From IMG/VR virus record IMGVR_UViG_3300006990_000025: DNA of 64,000 bases; one strand, 5' to 3'. Shown here piece by piece: positions 1 through 7,962 of this stretch. A program made the position numbers and the translations under genes. The notes beneath the pieces are model-generated. The model saw nothing but the letters and a program-made list of their open reading frames with translations, was not told where the DNA came from and did not search any database. The stretch's first letter is position 1; the number at the start of each line of letters is the position of its first letter. This stretch comes from an uncultured virus (IMG/VR IMGVR_UViG_3300006990_000025). Its lineage: Duplodnaviria; Heunggongvirae; Uroviricota; Caudoviricetes.

Positions 1-15
1 ATCTGAATTTTTGTT

Positions 16-564
16 TTAATCTTTATTCCAAAAACTCGCCCACCAATCATTAAACCATTGGTCTTCGCAGTCTGTCACCTGTGGTTGTGTTTCAAAGAGT
101 AGGTCGAATATTGGTCGGTAGTAGTCTTCAACTTCCATGCCCCAAAAGTCGTTACAGTCGCCAACTCTAAAGCCCATTCTCTTTACTTCTTCATCAGTAT
201 AAGCCCCTATGATGGCTTGTGGTGGTATGTCGCCAAATACTTGCGTGTCGCCTCTTGTGCCGTGACCATCAGCACACCATGAAACGCCACAATCAGCGAG
301 AATATTCATATCAATACAAATATTCATGCCATCGTCACGACTCCATGTAGTTTCAACGCCACCGAATTTAACATAGGTGGATTTGAACACAAACTCGGTT
401 TCATCGTCGTCAGTGGCGAACTTGAAACCAGTTCCGCCCGCCTTGATTTGCTCAAGGGTGAAGCCTTGACTCTTCATAGACATGATGCCATTTTGAAGGA
501 TAGCATCAACAAACTCGGAGTCGGTTCGGTGGAAGGCGACGGGGTAGGATTCGGGGCGGGTCAT
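16..564 (-). CDS. ADP-ribosyltransferase-fold protein (Tpt1/KptA-like ART superfamily), putative
   Basis: N-terminal AFHRT...AILQNGI resembles the ART H-x-T...I...GL motif, and C-terminal IPPQAI resembles the IPP..I motif. Start moved to the ATG at 564 (MTRPES) because a TATA element lies about 22 nt upstream; the ORF-track extension to 720 runs through promoter sequence. Confidence 0.5.
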   Translation of the reverse strand: MTRPESYPVAFHRTDSEFVDAILQNGIMSMKSQGFTLEQIKAGGTGFKFATDDDETEFVFKSTYVKFGGVETTWSRDDGMNICIDMNILADCGVSWCADGHGTRGDTQVFGDIPPQAIIGAYTDEEVKRMGFRVGDCNDFWGMEVEDYYRPIFDLLFETQPQVTDCEDQWFNDWWASFWNKD

Positions 565-741
565 ATATGTGCGTAGGGGTGCGAGTATATAGTATATGCC
601 TTTTTTGTATATATTAGAAAAGACTATATACTTCCAGCCCTGTGCTTCCAGTGGATGCGCTCTAAAAAAAAGCCGACTCAGGCAAAAAACAAATGACTGA
701 GAGCCTAAGCCCCCAGTCAAATGTTTTTTTATTGATTTAAA

Positions 742-1050
742 TCAAAGTTGGTCTTTGTAGTTCTCCACCCAGTCTTCGCCGAATACTTCCGATGCAGGAA
801 GGTCGGACCATACTAAACGCCCATCAACGGAAACTGCTTCAATTCTTTCGCCGTTGGCGTTAGTTCTTGTTAGAACAAAGAAGTTTTGATTTGTTTTACT
901 ATATGTCGTGTGAACTCTTGCCGTTAAAGTGGTTGGAGTTCTTTCGGTTACGGTTAAAATTGTTAATTCACCTTTTAACTTAAGGTAATAAATTTCACCA
1001 ACAACAAAGGCAGTCGGGGTCAGGCTCGGAGTCTTCAAAAAGTCGCTCAT
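742..1050 (-). CDS. hypothetical early protein
   Basis: 102 aa ORF with the ATG 22 nt downstream of a CTTATATAGGGG promoter (1068-1079). Confidence 0.75.
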   Translation of the reverse strand: MSDFLKTPSLTPTAFVVGEIYYLKLKGELTILTVTERTPTTLTARVHTTYSKTNQNFFVLTRTNANGERIEAVSVDGRLVWSDLPASEVFGEDWVENYKDQL

Positions 1051-1090
1051 GGTTAGCGTAGGGGTTGCCCCTATATAAGCATGTTGTCTA
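1051..1090 (-). promoter_or_regulatory. representative class I viral promoter: TAG(G/A)C-N6/7-TTATATAGG, ATG about 22 nt downstream
   Basis: The same architecture recurs at about 2560, 2776, 3268, 3635, 4153, 4622, 5190, 27819, 30635, 34511, 36624, 38341, 49098, 57069 and 62410. Confidence 0.85.
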
Positions 1091-1286
1091 AAGTATATCT
1101 AAAGTATAGAGTCGAAAAGACTATATACTGCCAGCCTTATGTTCAAGTGGATGATGATTAGCCGAGGGGTCGGCGGCCTCGCAGTACAGCGTTTAGCCAA
1201 ATTTTCAGGGCTTCGGCTCACCCCTGATATTTGGAGGCGTGGCAGTTTCCCGCCCGCCTCCATTAGTCGCCGGAGTCGTCGCCGGT

Positions 1287-1607
1287 TTACTCGTCGCCGT
1301 ATTTGTCACGGCTTAAGTTGAACTCTCTTGAGTCGTCGTAGTTTGTAGGTGTGTGGTTTATTTCGTCTTCAATGGTGTATGAATGCTCTCTCTCGTCTTC
1401 CGAGTCTATGAATACTATCCCAGTGTCAAACCTGCAAGGAGTCTTCAAAACTTCAAAGCAAGGGGTACAGATGTTTAACTCTGCATTATATGTCTTTGAA
1501 GTGTATTGCTTGACTTCGTGAACATGGGTCATATTCTCAAGGGTTGATTCTCTGTCGCAAAAGTCGCAACAGTATAGGGCAGGGGTGTTAATCGCTTGTC
1601 GGCTCAT
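1287..1607 (-). CDS. hypothetical Zn-finger protein
   Basis: CCDFC...CTPC motifs; TATA element at 1629-1635. Confidence 0.7.
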   Translation of the reverse strand: MSRQAINTPALYCCDFCDRESTLENMTHVHEVKQYTSKTYNAELNICTPCFEVLKTPCRFDTGIVFIDSEDEREHSYTIEDEINHTPTNYDDSREFNLSRDKYGDE

Positions 1608-1833
1608 ATACTTCCGTAAGCATGAGAGTATATAGTATTAACTCAATATAGTTTGACTCATATAATAATCCAATAGCCCTAAAGTTTATATGCTTACGGC
1701 GACACCGTTCCAGTGGAGAGGTATTAAAAAAAGGGGGGTCAGGCTCGCAGTGCATCGGTTTTAACTTCCGAATGCGGCGACGGCTCGCCAATTAGCCAAA
1801 AATCTGAATTTTTGCTTTCCTACCTGTGGCCGT

Positions 1834-2136
1834 TCAAGCCATTCTAACGATTTTATCGACTCGCAAAGCGTCACGGGTCGCCGGTTGATTGTCACGGCGT
1901 AGCATAACGGTTCTAATAACGCCCTTACGGACTACTGCGACTATGTTTTGACCGTTACTCTTAGAGTCACAGTTTGACGCTCTGTGAGCATCTAATTTGA
2001 GGGCATAAACTGCCACATCAATTTGACTACCTACAACTTCAACAACTGCCTTAACATTTGAAATAACCTCGACTTTTTCAGCGTCGGTTAAACGGGTGTT
2101 CAATCGGCTCAATGCGTGGGTGTTCATGCGGCTCAT
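1834..2136 (-). CDS. hypothetical protein
   Basis: Start moved to the ATG at 2136 (MSRMNT), about 22 nt from TTTATGTA at 2159-2166. Confidence 0.65.
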   Translation of the reverse strand: MSRMNTHALSRLNTRLTDAEKVEVISNVKAVVEVVGSQIDVAVYALKLDAHRASNCDSKSNGQNIVAVVRKGVIRTVMLRRDNQPATRDALRVDKIVRMA

Positions 2137-2324
2137 GATTCTAACCAAAGGCCGGAAGTACATAAAGGTTTGCTTGACCGATATGTTTAATAACCTACTA
2201 CCCTTAGCATAACCATAGGCGGGCGAGGCGGGCAACTCCGACTCCGACCCGACCTCTATATATTTCAGGTGTAAAAAATACACCATCAGATTTTTGATTA
2301 AGTAAACATGCTTGAGCCGTTTTA

Positions 2325-2364
2325 GTATCGGCTAACATAATTGAACTCGATAAGTATCGGCTAA
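2325..2364 (+). repeat. GTATCGGCTAA 11-mer, 2 copies
   Basis: Exact copies at 2325-2335 and 2354-2364; the same 11-mer occurs 5 times at 6978-7069. Confidence 0.95.
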
Positions 2365-2502
2365 CTATTGTTCTCTAATTTCCTGAATTAAATCCCAAAA
2401 TTGACTCCATGAGATACCCATCATATCTTCTAATTCATCATTAGGCGTATTCATCCATTCGCTCAAGTTTAGTATTATTGTCTTCATTAATTCTATATTC
2501 AT
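2365..2502 (-). CDS. small hypothetical protein (45 aa, MNIELMKTII...), not in ORF track
   Basis: Open from ATG 2502 to TAG 2365, preceded by a perfect GGAGGTGA Shine-Dalgarno sequence (2507-2514). Confidence 0.6.
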   Translation of the reverse strand: MNIELMKTIILNLSEWMNTPNDELEDMMGISWSQFWDLIQEIREQ

Positions 2503-2527
2503 TCATTCACCTCCTATGCTCGTCTTA

Positions 2528-2782
2528 TTCCGCTCATGTTTAGACATTCGGCCACTCCTATATAAGCATGTCGCCTATTGTGGGTATGTCTCGACCAATA
2601 ATTGAAATTCGGTTTCTTTCAGGGTTTGGAGTTTTTGCTCTAAATCCCAAATTTTCATTTGTGTAAGTCTCAATTTTGCATCTAACAAAATTCTTTTCTC
2701 ATGTTCGCTTCTTTTTGTCTCGCTCATAAACACGCTCGTTCTTGTTCCGCTCATGTTTAGACATTCGGCCACTCCTATATAA
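2528..2782 (+). repeat. 38-bp exact direct repeat covering a promoter and start codon
   Basis: TTCCGCTCATGTTTAGACATTCGGCCACTCCTATATAA at 2528-2565 and 2745-2782. Confidence 0.95.
2575..2754 (-). CDS. small coiled-coil hypothetical protein
   Basis: ATG at 2754 lies 22 nt from the TATA box; heptad-like Leu/Glu/Lys pattern. Confidence 0.65.
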   Translation of the reverse strand: MSGTRTSVFMSETKRSEHEKRILLDAKLRLTQMKIWDLEQKLQTLKETEFQLLVETYPQ

Positions 2783-3012
2783 AGATGCCGTCTATAATCT
2801 GATTATCGGTCCTGTTCTCCGGTCCTGTCGCTCGACCCATCAAAGAGCCGTAGTTATTAGACCTAATAACATTGGAAACCATAAAACAAAACAATGTATG
2901 CGGAAGGCCATTAACTCGCCGCTCATTTCGACTTCGTAAAAATCCCAGTTCAAATATGCTTTCAAAATTTTACCATACATCATCTATGCCTCCCAGTATA
3001 ACGGTTTATTAC

Positions 3013-3246
3013 TTATTCCCCTCTTGCACATTCGTTGAGAATTTCCTCGTAGTGTGCTTCAAGTGTTTTAATTTCTTCATTCATGTTGTAAATGGTTTCA
3101 AGTATTCTTGTGTGACCACTGGTAAAGGCTTCATAATTGCCCTCTTCCAATTCTTCATTAAGTTCCATAATAGCGGTTCTCAATTTCCAGATTTTACCTG
3201 TATTGATTCTCAATTTCTTCTCGGTCTTGCTCATTCTTCCGTTCAT
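3013..3246 (-). CDS. small coiled-coil hypothetical protein
   Basis: 77 aa ORF; promoter TTATATAGG at 3266-3274. Confidence 0.7.
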   Translation of the reverse strand: MNGRMSKTEKKLRINTGKIWKLRTAIMELNEELEEGNYEAFTSGHTRILETIYNMNEEIKTLEAHYEEILNECARGE

Positions 3247-3283
3247 GTTTAGCGGTAGGGTTACGCCTATATAACAATATCGT

Positions 3284-3517
3284 CTATTTTAAAGGCATTC
3301 TTGCTTGATGTAGTTCTAAATAAGGAGCGTCGTTTGATATGCCCTCTTCTTCCATCCAGTACAATTTAACCTTGCATATATTACAAATTGGGCGGTTAAA
3401 AATCTGATATTTTATAATGGCTATCGGGTTGAATACCATCGAGAACACAGATACAGAAGCCCACCCACACTTGCAGGGGCGTTTAATATCCTTCATGCTT
3501 TGAATTAATCCACTCAT
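3284..3517 (-). CDS. hypothetical Zn-ribbon protein
   Basis: CKCG...CNIC motifs; GAGG ribosome-binding site upstream. Confidence 0.6.
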   Translation of the reverse strand: MSGLIQSMKDIKRPCKCGWASVSVFSMVFNPIAIIKYQIFNRPICNICKVKLYWMEEEGISNDAPYLELHQARMPLK

Positions 3518-3889
3518 CTTTTAATCCCTCATCCAAAAATCTCTGTCATTTGTTAGTTCGTTCATTAAGGCTTCAAACTCGGTTTGTGTCAGGTCGGTTA
3601 CTACTCTGCTCATGTATCTCCATACTGGCACTCCTATATAAGCATGTCGCCTACCGTTTTACCTATATAAACTTTTAGCAAACCTTATATACCCCCAAAA
3701 TCTTTATATACCCCCATATAGTAGCATGTATGAGAGCGGAGAACCGGACACCCCTGAATCAGGCACGGGGGGAGATTGCTACTATACTTTTTAGGTATAT
3801 AAACTTTTCGCAAGACTTATATAGTATAAAAATCTTTATATACCGTCAGTTATATGCTCAACATGACCGGCTTGTTGGGAGGCGAGCGC

Positions 3890-4134
3890 ACCCCTGCACC
3901 CGCCCCCCTGAGCCTGTGAATAAGAAGCGTGCCTTCATGCCCGTATGTCGCAAGCAATCTCTAACGGGTGCGAGCCGTTAGAACCCCATACCCCGAAGGT
4001 CGCACCCTCGTAACATAGTGGGTGGGGTTGGCAGTCGGTGTGGTGTCCAACTTTTACGCCGTGTGACACCCGCCCAACTCCGGCTTTTCCATCACCGGAG
4101 GGAACTTTCATCTATTGATTGGGTCGGGTACAAA
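3890..4134 (-). ncRNA. candidate structured ncRNA
   Basis: A standard viral promoter (4151-4171) has no ATG at the usual distance. The region is GC-rich with several perfect stems (CUCCGG/CCGGAG, GGUGUC/GACACC, AACCCCA/UGGGGUU, UCUAACGG/CCGUUAGA) and a C-UUCG-G tetraloop. Confidence 0.55.
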
Positions 4135-4173
4135 TGTTCCTGTGCATACTCCTATATAAGCATGTCGTCTATA

Positions 4174-4356
4174 TCAGGGGTATTTGTAACAAAACCTGCA
4201 CCTGTGGTTATTGCCGGTGTCTATATCAATTTGAATCGCCCCTTCTTTGTTGCTCACGCATTCAACATAAGGACACGGGAAAATTTTCTCCCCAGTATCA
4301 ACACAATAGTAAGACGGGCGGTTATTGGGATTCATAGAGTAAAACCAGTGGGTCAT
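4174..4356 (-). CDS. small Cys-rich hypothetical protein
   Basis: 60 aa ORF with CPYVEC and CRFC; last gene of a small operon driven from the promoter at about 4622. Confidence 0.55.
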   Translation of the reverse strand: MTHWFYSMNPNNRPSYYCVDTGEKIFPCPYVECVSNKEGAIQIDIDTGNNHRCRFCYKYP

Positions 4357-4937
4357 TCAAACACCCGCCTCTTTTTTGTCCTGTTGTCTTTTCTCCCATG
4401 CGTGATAACATGGGGAAGGGTCACATCTTGTTGATGACTTGCCACACTTACAACAAATTAAGACCACTTCAAGCACCCGCCTCAATAATTTCAATAATCC
4501 TTATTTTGTGATAGATTTCCTTTATCATTTCCTCAACTTCAAGGATTCGCTTTTCCATCATTTCTTTGTTCTCAGGTCGGTAAATTGGAGTTCTGCTCAT
4601 GTATCTCCATAAGGCCACTACTATATAAGCATACCTATAATAAAAATGCTTATATACTACTACCCGCTACGATAGAATAAGGGGGATTGAAGGCCACCTG
4701 ACTAAGGCACGGGGGGAGGGTGAGATAATTTTTTAGGGGTTATAAACTTTTCGCAAACTATATATAGTAGTTGTATATAACAAAAAGATTATATACCCCC
4801 AGTTATATGCTTACTACATGCGGGCGGTCTTGCCGTCAGGCCGACCCGATAAAAAAAAGCCCCCACCCATCCCGCAGGATGAGCAGGGGCAGTTATAACC
4901 CGCAGGTTATACCATCAATAATTTGGGGCGGTTGCCC

Positions 4938-5168
4938 TCAAGCAAATTTGCTTTTGATGTGAATGGTCAAGTTGGCGAACAAATCTTTACAGAAGTGCAT
5001 AACGGCTTCATTTTGCTCTGTTGTCACTGTTCCATCAAAGTCATTCATAACGGCAGTCCAGCACATATTGGTCAAAGACTCCATAGGGGTGCGGTCTGTT
5101 GTCAATTCATGAACATAGGTTTCAATCAATTGCTTGCGGGTTTCGGGGGTTGGGGTGTATCTCTCCAT
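4938..5168 (-). CDS. hypothetical early protein
   Basis: ATG 22 nt from CTTATATAGGGG (5186-5197); followed on the minus strand by a GC hairpin and T-run (about 4851-4890). Confidence 0.75.
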   Translation of the reverse strand: MERYTPTPETRKQLIETYVHELTTDRTPMESLTNMCWTAVMNDFDGTVTTEQNEAVMHFCKDLFANLTIHIKSKFA

Positions 5169-5339
5169 GTTTAGCGGTAGTGATGCCCCTATATAAGCAT
5201 TTTGTCTATATGACCTGATTTTCAGGCTATTTTGCCCCCAGTCGGCAAGCCGACACGCCCCCTACCTTCCGACTTACAACACCAATTAAGGCGTATTACT
5301 GCGTTGAGGATTTACGGGGGAGGGCTTTTCATCCAGTGC

Positions 5340-5708
5340 TTAAGGTGCGTTGCTTGTGAACTTGTAAGGCATCCACATGGTAGGCAAAGGGTCGCCGTTT
5401 TGCTTGCACGCTTCGCTCATTGGCTTAGGTTGAAAGTATTGGTCACGCTCGACCATGCCAGCAGGTGCGACGCTTACTAACTGCTCAAGGGTAATATAAC
5501 CGAGTTCGTCACAATCTCGGCCAAGTGGTGAAATCATATAACCGAAGAAGGTCATTGTTTCAGGGTTGCATTCTGTTGCATAGAAAGCACCACGACCACC
5601 GAAGAAGTAACGGACATAGACCATAGGGTCAGCCGTGCCATCTTGGGCGTATAGGGCAGGTATTTTCTTCATTTGGGCTTTGGTTGGGGTAAGTTGGTTT
5701 CTCGCCAT
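5340..5708 (-). CDS. DUF2958-like protein
   Basis: Motifs IPALYAQDG, VRYF, FYATE, FFGY, ELGYITLEQL and VERDQYFQPKPMSE recognised from DUF2958 proteins; start moved to the ATG at 5708. Confidence 0.75.
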   Translation of the reverse strand: MARNQLTPTKAQMKKIPALYAQDGTADPMVYVRYFFGGRGAFYATECNPETMTFFGYMISPLGRDCDELGYITLEQLVSVAPAGMVERDQYFQPKPMSEACKQNGDPLPTMWMPYKFTSNAP

Positions 5709-6096
5709 GTTATAGACCATGAGGCACTACTACTTAAAGGTGTCTATATAGAAAATCTTTATATAGTAATACTTACAGGACCATATAAGCACGGGCTGAA
5801 AACCGGCTGACTAAGGCACGGGGGGAGATTCCGTCTTTAGTATAGGGGTTATAAAGTTTTCGCAAACCTTATATAGTATATCAGATTTTAACAATATATC
5901 AAAAAGACTATATACCCCCCGTGTCATAGGCGTATCATGCGGGTGGCCTATCGAAAGCCGACCCAACAAAAAAAGAGAACCCCCCGCCCGTGAGCCGGTG
6001 GGCGAGGGATTCAATTTTTTGATTTTTTCTTTTGTGTTTTTTTTCTAATCCTCCTATGATTTTTATTTGAATTTCAGGCGTTTAATGTGGTCTATC

Positions 6097-6597
6097 TCAA
6101 GCGTTAGGGTGAATCTTTACACTTCCGGTCTTAACTCTCTTTGTCTCGCTTCTAATGGTGCTTAGAACGGTGTTTTTGTGGTTAGTCCACTTTAGGCCGT
6201 TAGCGTTCCAAAAGGCGACTCTATCTTCAACAGTAGCGAAGTTTTGAGAACATGCCTCAATAGCAGTTCGCAGTATCTTTTGAGCCTGTGGTGAGTTGAT
6301 ACCTTCTAACTCATGAATAAGGGCAGTAATTGTTAGTCCGTAGGTAGTCTTTGAAGTCATTGAATCAGCACCTTTTGTTTGAACTCCGCTCATCTCGATG
6401 ACATCAACTATTGCGCCGCTTTGAGGGTTGCGTATTACAAGGTCGGCCTTATAATCAATAGCCGAGTCTTGAGAAATGGTCTTGTTATCTTTAGGCATGT
6501 GCGCCGAAACTATGCGACCATAATTTAATTGGTTTGCTACCTCAAGGCTTGGGGTGTTCACAGTCGGGCTGGATTGGGTCTTTGTTACTTGAGCCAT
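6097..6597 (-). CDS. hypothetical protein
   Basis: Start moved to the ATG at 6597 (MAQVTK), which has a TATA-like TTTATG upstream; long T-tract terminator-like region after the gene. Confidence 0.7.
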   Translation of the reverse strand: MAQVTKTQSSPTVNTPSLEVANQLNYGRIVSAHMPKDNKTISQDSAIDYKADLVIRNPQSGAIVDVIEMSGVQTKGADSMTSKTTYGLTITALIHELEGINSPQAQKILRTAIEACSQNFATVEDRVAFWNANGLKWTNHKNTVLSTIRSETKRVKTGSVKIHPNA

Positions 6598-6977
6598 GAT
6601 TAGTCCTATAGGTGTTCGGCACATAAAGGTTTCGGTCATAAAGTGCGTTTTTAGCGTTTTTAGGTTTATTTTTTGGTCGCCAAAGTCAAAAAAATGGGTT
6701 CAAAATGACCTGATATTTTACCGGCAAAAAGTCAAAAAAGTATATAATAAAAACCTTTATAGACCCCCATATGTTAGACTATGAGGGGCGGGCAAATATC
6801 CGCCAAACTTGATACTGTTTTGATATTTTTTTATAGGGTTATAAGTCTTTCGCAAACCTTATATAGTAGGATAAAAAACCTCTATAGAAGCAAACCTTTA
6901 TAGACCCCCAGTGATATTTAACAACTAAGCGGAGCGAGGCCGTGAGGCTGATTTCGTTACATGATGCTTACATGCAA

Positions 6978-7069
6978 GTATCGGCTAAGTATCGGCTAAA
7001 CATGCTGCTTACGCTCAGGTATCGGCTAAGTATCGGCTAACCACCCAATATCTCGTAGGTATCGGCTAA
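6978..7069 (+). repeat. GTATCGGCTAA 11-mer, 5 copies
   Basis: Exact copies at 6978, 6989, 7019, 7030 and 7059. Confidence 0.95.
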
Positions 7070-7126
7070 ATGGTTCAAATCCGAATTAGATATTAACAGA
7101 TTCTTATTTCCCCAGAAGTCCAGCCT

Positions 7127-7732
7127 CTAATCAGATTCTTCATTTAGGTTATCGGTTTCAATAACTTGCTTTGGGTCAATGTCTATTGTTCTCAATTCTT
7201 CTTGAACAACCTGCCTAAATTGTTCCATCGGGTCGTAGCCAATGTTCACAACAACCTGTGGTTTTGCATCTTGTGCGCCTGACATTTTATCCAACGCATC
7301 TTGAGCCTTCATCAATCCACCTATCATGAATGAAACATTGTTTAACTTAGATACATTGTCAGCCAAAGAATGAGCCTGTAAAATAATCCCCTCTAAGCGG
7401 GCTATGGAACGCCTTCGTCGTGAATAACTATCCAACCTAAGCCAGTCGGTATCACCCAACTCCGCTTTTGAAATAGCCAAGTGTTGCATATCCTCTGCTT
7501 GTTGTTGAGCCAGTGACATAAGACGCTTCCATTCCCCTTGCGTGAGACGGCTATCCAAATCGGCCTCCGACAATCTTCTTCTAACCTCATGAGTCTTGTA
7601 ACCTTGAGCAATTAACATGGCAGTCCATCTAATCAAAGCATTATCTATGCCATTGGTTTTTCCTGACAAATCAACTGCAAAGTTTTCTTCGTCGTCGGAC
7701 TCTTCTTCGTCATCCCATTCGTCTGTCATCAT
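7127..7732 (-). CDS. putative terminase small subunit
   Basis: N-terminal HTH-like segment (LIAQGYKTHEVRRRL), long amphipathic helices and a C-terminal beta-strand (KPQVVVNIGY), an architecture typical of TerS. Start probably MMTDEW. Confidence 0.4.
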   Translation of the reverse strand: MMTDEWDDEEESDDEENFAVDLSGKTNGIDNALIRWTAMLIAQGYKTHEVRRRLSEADLDSRLTQGEWKRLMSLAQQQAEDMQHLAISKAELGDTDWLRLDSYSRRRRSIARLEGIILQAHSLADNVSKLNNVSFMIGGLMKAQDALDKMSGAQDAKPQVVVNIGYDPMEQFRQVVQEELRTIDIDPKQVIETDNLNEESD

Positions 7733-7776
7733 GCTGAAATAAAAAGAAGTGGTTGAAAAAACTATCGGTAAAAAAA

Positions 7777-7962
7777 TCATTCGGGGCAAGCCGGACAAAC
7801 ATACCCATTTTGGGTTTTAAGCCACCCCTTTTCAATCAGGTTTGACTCGCCTAAGCGACTCTTAATATCGCATATAATACAATCAATTCTTTTACTATTG
7901 ACAACATCTTCTCGCTTAATATATCGCTTCATACTTTCACCGAATCCGTCATCACTTATCAT
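7777..7962 (-). CDS. small Zn-finger protein
   Basis: CIIC...GW...VCPAC motifs; translationally coupled to the upstream methyltransferase. Confidence 0.6.
   Translation of the reverse strand: MISDDGFGESMKRYIKREDVVNSKRIDCIICDIKSRLGESNLIEKGWLKTQNGYVCPACPE

Larger units (their letters stand above)
3664..6870. repeat. dispersed intergenic module: back-to-back TATA core (5 copies) plus AGGCACGGGGGGAG element (3 copies)
   Basis: Core resembling ATAAACTTTTCGCAAACCTTATATA near 3667, 3798, 4742, 5851 and 6841. CTGA(ATC/CTA)AGGCACGGGGGGAG at 3754-3774, 4698-4718 and 5807-5827. Confidence 0.9.

Noticed and set aside
3730..3981. 83-aa plus-strand ORF starting about 22 nt after a rightward TATA box
   Set aside because: It runs through repeat and promoter modules, and the equivalent positions in the other copies have no matching ORF. 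Not fully excluded.
4096..4112. RNase P RNA identity for the 3890-4134 element (GAUGAAAGUUCCCUCC resembles the P4 5' strand)
   Set aside because: I could not find the matching 3' P4 strand or the other conserved regions; left as an unclassified ncRNA.
4698..4718. Hammerhead ribozyme core in the CTGACTAAGG element
   Set aside because: It lacks CUGANGA and a properly placed GAAA with flanking stems.
6978..7069. CRISPR or mini-CRISPR array
   Set aside because: The repeats are only 11 bp, some directly tandem, with irregular spacing; there is no cas operon.
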